A stretch of 64,000 nt of DNA from the human T2T-CHM13v2.0 reference genome, Homo sapiens: assembly GCF_009914755.1 (NCBI RefSeq), contig NC_060926.1. The stretch is one strand, 5' to 3'. Below are positions 57,898 through 64,000 of this stretch, in pieces. Position 1 is the first letter of the stretch. Each line of letters opens with the position of its first letter. The position numbers were made by a program, and so were the translations under genes. Below the pieces are notes generated by a model that saw nothing but the letters and a program-made list of their open reading frames with translations, was not told the origin of the DNA and searched no databases.

Positions 57898-59049
57898 ATT
57901 CTCTTTTTTAATAACATAGATTTGTTCTTTCTGACTCCTCCCTATCCATTCAGTGCACAGCTTTTAGCACACAATTGCCTTGGTCAAATCTGTTCTTAAG
58001 CTGGGCTTCCCCTTCCCATTGTACCATGTGTGTGAATATCTAAGACCACAAAATATGCTGCTTTTCCACTACTGAAGTAATATCTTACCTCATCTCTGTT
58101 TAGATTCTTCACACATTCCAAGGAAACACTTAGCTAATTTTCTATTAGTTTGAATTAAGTTGAGATGCTAGAGAAGTTTGCTAGAATCATTTTTCATTGC
58201 CAGCTAACATAAGTGCATTTTCAAACATGCTATTGATAAAATCTGGATAAGTTAGAGGGAACTATCTGCTTGGGAAGCAGATAAATGAGAGTCTATTGGG
58301 GGCAAATGAGACTTTTGGGGTTCCTTCTATATCATAGAATGGATGGACATATAATTTCATCTTCTGCCTTGAAGACAGGTGTTGAGAATTGACCTAAGCT
58401 GATTTGGTCATTCATAGCCCTTAGTGGTTTTTTCCTCCACGGTTCATACATCAAAAGAGGTTTGAGCTGAGTCAGTGTTAGGCACTACACAAAACTTTGC
58501 TACTAGTCCATAATGAAAGCAAGCCAGACAAAATTCTGCTACACACAGAGACCATTGATTACATAAATACTTAACAGCAAGCAAAGTAAAAAACATTTTT
58601 TTACAGCTTGTTATACAACTTGTTAGGAAGTCCCAGTTCTGCTACCTTGCATAAAGGTTCTTCCAAGGCAGACAGGGCAACATCCCGGAGGCTGGATCCT
58701 GTTACCCTTATCAATCCAGTGGGCAATGCCAAATCTTCTTAAATCAACAGGTGGACACTGGGCCATTTAGGAAAAAACCTCAGGTTTGTCTCTGGGGGAG
58801 AGGCTCTCTGGATCCTTATCCTCCATTACACTAGAGTGGAGAATATCTCTAAAATATTTTTGCTACTCCACATACTCTTGATTGTCTTTAATTTTACTCG
58901 AGAGAGTCCATTTCTAAATTCTTCATATTAATAAGCCACTAGTTTTACCAATTAAAATCCATTGCTAGCATACATTATACTGATTATTAAAGTCTTAGGT
59001 GTTAATAAAAATCAGGATAATAGAAGTACTTATAGTGATTGCTTCTGGA

Positions 59050-59310
59050 GTATTGCCTTTCTGATAAAATACTGGATAAATGTACAGTCTTGATGAAATA
59101 CACTGGGAGAACATTACATACTATAGTGCCATCTTGGAAATTAAAAATGCATGTTAGCTATTTAGAGGTTAATGTCCTGCAATAAAGGAAAGCTGCTTAG
59201 TTTTGTTCGACCTTGCATTTCCCAAACTTAGTTGACCCCAAGTCCTTTTTTCCATCGCACTCTTGAAATTAGTTATTCCTGGGAAAGGCTTTAGAAAACA
59301 TTGCTTTAGA
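59050..59310 (-). mobile_element. MER103C-like hAT element
   Basis: gtcctgcaataaaggaa...gcatttcccaaacttagttgacc. Confidence 0.55.
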
Positions 59311-59319
59311 GATTATAGG

Positions 59320-59920
59320 AGAAGCTTCCTTCAACATCCACTTAACTGACACTCAGCATTCTCTTTATAAAATTCGAGGATAATAGGCACCTATCTTAAA
59401 TACTCTCTATCAAGTTGAGTTCTGTGCTTACAAAGAGTCAATTGAGATTTTTTCCAAAACGGTTTTATTCTATTTGTACTTGTAATTACAGTTACATAAC
59501 TTAATTAAATATTACATAATCCCGTGACTTTTGAGTGTAAATATAAAGAGTTATTGTTTCTTTGAAAAATAAACTGAAAGTTTTGGAAAGACTCTAGAAA
59601 AGAATTGCTGAAAGTGTTATTAAATAAGGTGAGGGTAAGACAACTATGAAAGATTTGGGAAAAATATAAAAAAGAATTTCTAATACAACTTACTTTGTAA
59701 GTATCTTTTAAGTTATTGATGCATTTTCAAGAAACTGAAATGTATCATTTTTCAAGAAAGAGTTCAAGCAGAGAACTTGAATTAGTGGAGCCATACTCAA
59801 AAGCCTTACATTTAAATAAAACATGTGAGGTATATGTATGCCAATTTTTATTATTTTCTGCTTTTACTGAATTTTTTGATTAAGTGACTAAGCATAAACC
59901 TTGTAAGAGTCAGAAAAGGG
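59320..59920 (+). mobile_element. Tigger13a-like DNA transposon remnant
   Basis: Decayed pogo/Tigger HTH coding remnant: agagttattgtttctttgaaaaataaactgaaagttttggaaagactc...gacaactatgaaagatttggg. Confidence 0.6.
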
Positions 59921-60328
59921 CTTTTGTTCTAGAGAGAGAGAGAATTAAAGAGAAGACTTCACAAAGCAAAGTGTGTACACACACACACACATACCCCTTG
60001 TGGCATGTTTTAAAATATTCCACATAGATTTTGCCCATATTTCCTCAAGCCAGGCTCAGTTGTCTTCAGAACCCTTTGGCATTCTTGACACACTGCTTTT
60101 GTGTTTTTTCAACTTTATTGTAAGTCTGTGGGATTGCTTAATACCTTGTTAAAGAAAATTAGAGTTAAAAATCTAATTTCTCCCTGGGAGTGGTCCATAT
60201 ATATATACATAGTTCATGGCTGGGAACAAAGTTTACTACTAGTGTATTTTTTCAGTGTTATTTTGTAGTAAAAGTTCTTAAAATATTGTGTAATAAATAA
60301 TATTTGATTTCTATCTATGTTCTCTTAG

Positions 60329-60630
60329 GCTTGGTCCCATGGCAGCCTATAATTCAAGGTTAAGGTTATGTTGTTATTTAAGAATTTTTAGCATCTGTAC
60401 TTGTATGTGCTGCATAAACAAAACAGTTATTCTATTGCAGACCAGTTTTTCCTTTTGAAATGTAGAATACAACAATCACTTCTCAGGTTTAATTAAGACT
60501 GTGTTTGTACAGAGGTCTGTAGTTTATAAAAGCAGTTAAGCAAAGAAATGCTTTTGTTATATACAAACAGAACAAAAAGGGAAAATACTGTCTTGATCCT
60601 TTCATTAAAGGTCAAAAAAAAAAAAAAAAA
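60329..60630 (+). other. Candidate short terminal exon of the plus-strand host gene
   Basis: 3'ss ttctatctatgttctcttag|G; short peptide then stop (AWSHGSL* or LVPWQPIIQG*); several TGTA motifs, ATTAAA at 60604-60609, U/GU-rich tract downstream. Confidence 0.4.
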
Positions 60631-61459
60631 GAAAAAAAGAGTTCACTCAATTTTTTATCTCGTGTTTTTTCACAAATACCAGAAACAGAGCTGTAAGATA
60701 GTAATTTGTTAAACTACACATTAAGCTGGTATTTGAATATGAAAAGGTATTTCCACCCCGTGCAATATTGCTTTTTTGAAATACTAAAAGCCCTTACATT
60801 AGGGTGGTAATTGAATGACTGCTTAAAAACAAACCCTGTCTGCTTCATTTTGACAGGTTCTTTATACATTTTTGTGGAGGGTAAACATGTCAGGATGTAG
60901 CAGACTAAGGAAGGAGCTGGTATTGAACAGGGTTCATAGTCAAAGTGACATAGTTTCTCATTCTCAAGAAGAGTAGTTGGCATGGTTGTTTTGGGACCTG
61001 CAATATAGTTTTTCTAGATTCAACATGGAAAACATTATTCTAAACTCTAGTGATCTATCTGCCCATAGCTTATGCCAAGCAGCATGGATTATACATTTTT
61101 GATACCTGTAGACGTTTTAGGAGCCTTCTTGATGTTATGTTGAAATCTTATTCCTGTAGTTATCCACATAATTTTCTACCAAATCACCCTGTAGAACTGA
61201 TGCATAATTACTTCTTAGGATTTGTTTGTTACTGTAATAATGAAATATTTTCCTGTCTCTTGGTATACCCATGTGTATACTGTGTTTTTTATTTTGTAAG
61301 TCCCATGAAGGAGAAAGGACTTCTATTTTTGTTTTATTGGAGTTGAACACTTCTTGAGCCTCCTTCTTGGAGATTCTCAGGTTTCTGATCATTCTTGTTA
61401 TAGTTAACTGATTATTTTTGTTTCCTTAGATCAATTTAGAGGGTCACAATATAGCACTT

Positions 61460-61645
61460 TCAGAAAATTTGTCAGAGCTTTTATTACATTAGGAAGAGTA
61501 GCCATTTAAGTGTGCAAACACATCACTCATTGACTGGCTCACTGAACATCTATGAGTCAGGTAGCTGCTGAGAACTAGAGATGTTAAGCTAGATGAGATA
61601 GTTCTCTGCAAGATTGGTCAATATTCCTTTTTCAGCTGCTATGTT
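61460..61645 (-). pseudogene. Last exon of a putative decayed gene (NIAAEKGILTNLAENYLI*, 3' UTR, AATAAA)
   Basis: Acceptor catacattttctag|AAC; TAG at 61591-61589; AATAAA at 61485-61480; phase 0 matches the upstream donor. Confidence 0.55.
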
Positions 61646-61913
61646 CTAGAAAATGTATGGTACCATATGAAAAGATAATTGAAATGGAGAACATGTTATT
61701 TGCTAGAATGGGGCAAACATATGTCTTAACCTACATGAAAAATATGGGAGTGACATTGAGATTGGAGTTAGGGAGAGGGAATAGATCAGATTTGGACATT
61801 TTGTCCGAAGTAGGGCAATAAATTATGTCTTAAATACGACTTGATACCAAATCCAAAAGTAGAATGGTTGCAACAATATTTCTTCTAGTTATACTTCTTT
61901 TTCTGAATCTTAC

Positions 61914-62609
61914 TTTGTTATGGAAATCATAGAGCATGCTGATATTCTCAGCATAGACGGGGAGTTGAGGAGGGTAAGGGAAAATATAGGCAAACAGGAC
62001 AAGATTTTCATCCCGTGGACATTAGTGCATTTGAAAAACTGGCTCTTGGGCTTCATGTTTTGGACAGTCAGGACAGAGGTCTCACAGGGGTTATTTGCAG
62101 GTTTTGCTTTTTTTGAGGTTGCAGCCATCCTAGGACTATCATGACTGTCATGTGGTGTTGAGAGAAAGGAAGATAGAAAAAAGATGCTTTTTGAAAAGCT
62201 TTTCCCCAAGACCTATCATTGGGTCTTCTTTCTCCTGGTGGAGATAGGGGAGGAGAGGCAGAGAGGAACCCAGCTGTCAGCAATGGTGCAGTGGGTCCAA
62301 ACTGCTTCTCCTTGGCGGGTGGAATTTCCGTTCTAGAGGAGGATCTGAGGAGGCTTATGAGCTTCCCTGGGAATTGCTTTCTTCTTCCAGCTTCTGAAAG
62401 GTTCTCTTCATTTGGCCCCAGGAGGAATGAGGAACACACTACAAAGCTTTCCATTCTACAGGCTCTGTGAGCTGAGTGGTGAAGTTGCACATTTTCTAAT
62501 TGGAGAAAACATGGTCCCATACATTTTAGGTTGGCTAAGAAGAAATGCCTGAGATTCATGGATTGAAGTGTGCCTTCAATTGGTCTTCTGCTAGAGTTTC
62601 ATGTAGAAA
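61914..62609 (-). pseudogene. 696-nt penultimate exon of a putative decayed gene
   Basis: Acceptor tgtttcatctatcag|TTT, donor AAA|gtaaga; length is a multiple of 3; both ends open in the same frame (FLHETLAEDQLKAHFNP... and ...FPYPPQLPVYAENISMLYDFHNK) with 14 stops between. Confidence 0.5.
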
Positions 62610-62951
62610 CTGATAGATGAAACAATACATTTACCCAAATATGTGAACCAAAGGACTATGTGAATAGAGAGGGACTGATTGTGTCTACTCAGTAAATAGG
62701 CCAAAGAAAGGGCAACAAGCGAATCACAAGGACTGTTTAAAGCCCTGGCCAATGGGGGGTTGGGGGAATTGTGTCTTTTGCATAAGTTGCTCCCAGTTTG
62801 AAATCTTCTTAGTACACTCCCAAAGCTGCTCTGTGGCTGCCAGCAGTGTTAGCCTGAGATCTCTTAATCCTCATATAGATCAGCATCTCTCTAAAATAAA
62901 TCACTTGACTGTTTTCTGCTTAACATTGCAGGAATGGCTTGGGAGACTAAC

Positions 62952-63067
62952 CCTTAGGTTTGAAATGTCTGAAAACTGCTTCTCTGTTTTACAATCTTGA
63001 ATTTTACTTAGCTCTGCTGCTCTTTTTAGCTTTCTCAGAAGTGGATTATATTTTGCTACCTTTGCCA
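62952..63067 (-). pseudogene. 116-nt internal exon of a putative decayed gene (AKVAKYNPLLRKLKRAAELSKIQDCKTEKQFSDISNLR)
   Basis: Acceptor tatttgtacttcag|TG, donor AGG|gttagt; stop-free, ends in phase 0. Confidence 0.55.
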
Positions 63068-63239
63068 CTGAAGTACAAATATAATCGTTGTTATTTTCTT
63101 GTCTCACAGAGTATATTTTGACCGAAATAAGTAGACAATGTTCTGTTTTCTAAGTTCCAACCACAGTGTTTTTTTTTGTTTGTTTGTTTTACACTCAGTA
63201 ATCCACATATTGTTATTTCTAGGTAATTATAGAATTTTT

Positions 63240-63690
63240 CAGTCAGTAATTTACTAAGCACATGTCATGTTTTCAGCACTGTGTAAGGAACTGAGGCATA
63301 CAAATGAAATCTGAGGCATGGTTCAAGTCTTCATGTAGGTTACAGTGTTTGTGGAGAAATAAAACCAAATCAGAGGAAACAAAGAACAATTAAATGTTCA
63401 GCTGTGTAGTACTCATGATAGGAATCTCCTGGAAGTAAATACTGAATATGGATAAATTAATGAATGAAGTGTTCATTCAAGGAAGAAATCATTGTGGACT
63501 AGAATGTGTCATTGAATAGGTCGGATACGAACATAGCCATGAAACATAAATAGGACTGGTAAGTGGAGGAGAGAATATTCTAGGTGAAGAGAGCAAAGGT
63601 AACAAGGTTGATGATGGAGTTGAGCATGGCATGTGTTTTGGACAATAAGAGGAGACCAGGTGACAAAAATCGGTATGCAAGAGAAACAAA
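63240..63690 (-). mobile_element. L2 fragment
   Basis: agtcagtaatttactaagcacatg...cagcactgtgtaagg...gaatattctaggtgaagagagc. Confidence 0.55.
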
Positions 63691-63699
63691 AAAATAAAG

Positions 63700-64000
63700 T
63701 TGGGTATCCCCCCTTCCTTGATAAGTGAACCTCAATTTTGTGCCTATCTGCAAGTGATGAATCATGATTGGTCTAACCCATTCATGATGATTCTATCCTC
63801 CGCCTTTCCAGTCTCCTTTGGAGCTAGGGCAGCTCTGTGATCGTGTTCTGCCTTCAAGCTGAAGTCTGCTGATGGCATTTCTGGAAATGTTTTTGTTCTT
63901 TGATAAAATGTTGGCACCTCCTTTTCCTCTCCTCCTTGCCTTGAATGAAGATGCAAGGTCTGTAAATATACAGCAACCTTGCTGTTATGAGGAAAAGGCA
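63700..64000 (+). mobile_element. MLT1 (J/K-like) MaLR LTR, runs off the window end
   Basis: tcatgattggtctaaccc...gaagtctgctgatggcatttctgga...cagcaaccttgctgttatgagg. Confidence 0.6.

Noticed and set aside
62068-62559. 163-aa minus-strand ORF as a stand-alone gene
   Set aside because: Lies inside the putative decayed exon, out of frame with both splice junctions; better read as a frameshifted remnant or chance

Overview
Primate (human-like) genomic DNA, AT-rich and packed with transposon fossils: Alu J/S/Y, L1 from L1ME to L1PA2/3 (including a full-length L1PA7 at 39825-46315), L2, MIR, MaLR/ERVL solo LTRs, and hAT/Tc1-mariner elements. There is no intact protein-coding gene; most of the longer track ORFs are L1 or Alu fragments or chance ORFs. 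Most of the window looks like one long intron of an unidentified plus-strand gene, with a candidate recursive splice site at 16604/16605 and a candidate short terminal exon at 60329. The most notable non-repeat signal is a three-exon, splice-phase-compatible chain on the minus strand (63067-62952, 62609-61914, 61645-~61460) ending in a stop codon and AATAAA, which looks like the 3' end of a decayed gene I cannot name. There is also a recurring set of local templated duplications and several unusual L1 insertion structures (target-site re-use, 3' transductions, nested 5' inversions). Repeat subfamily names come from recalled consensus sequences, not from a database search.
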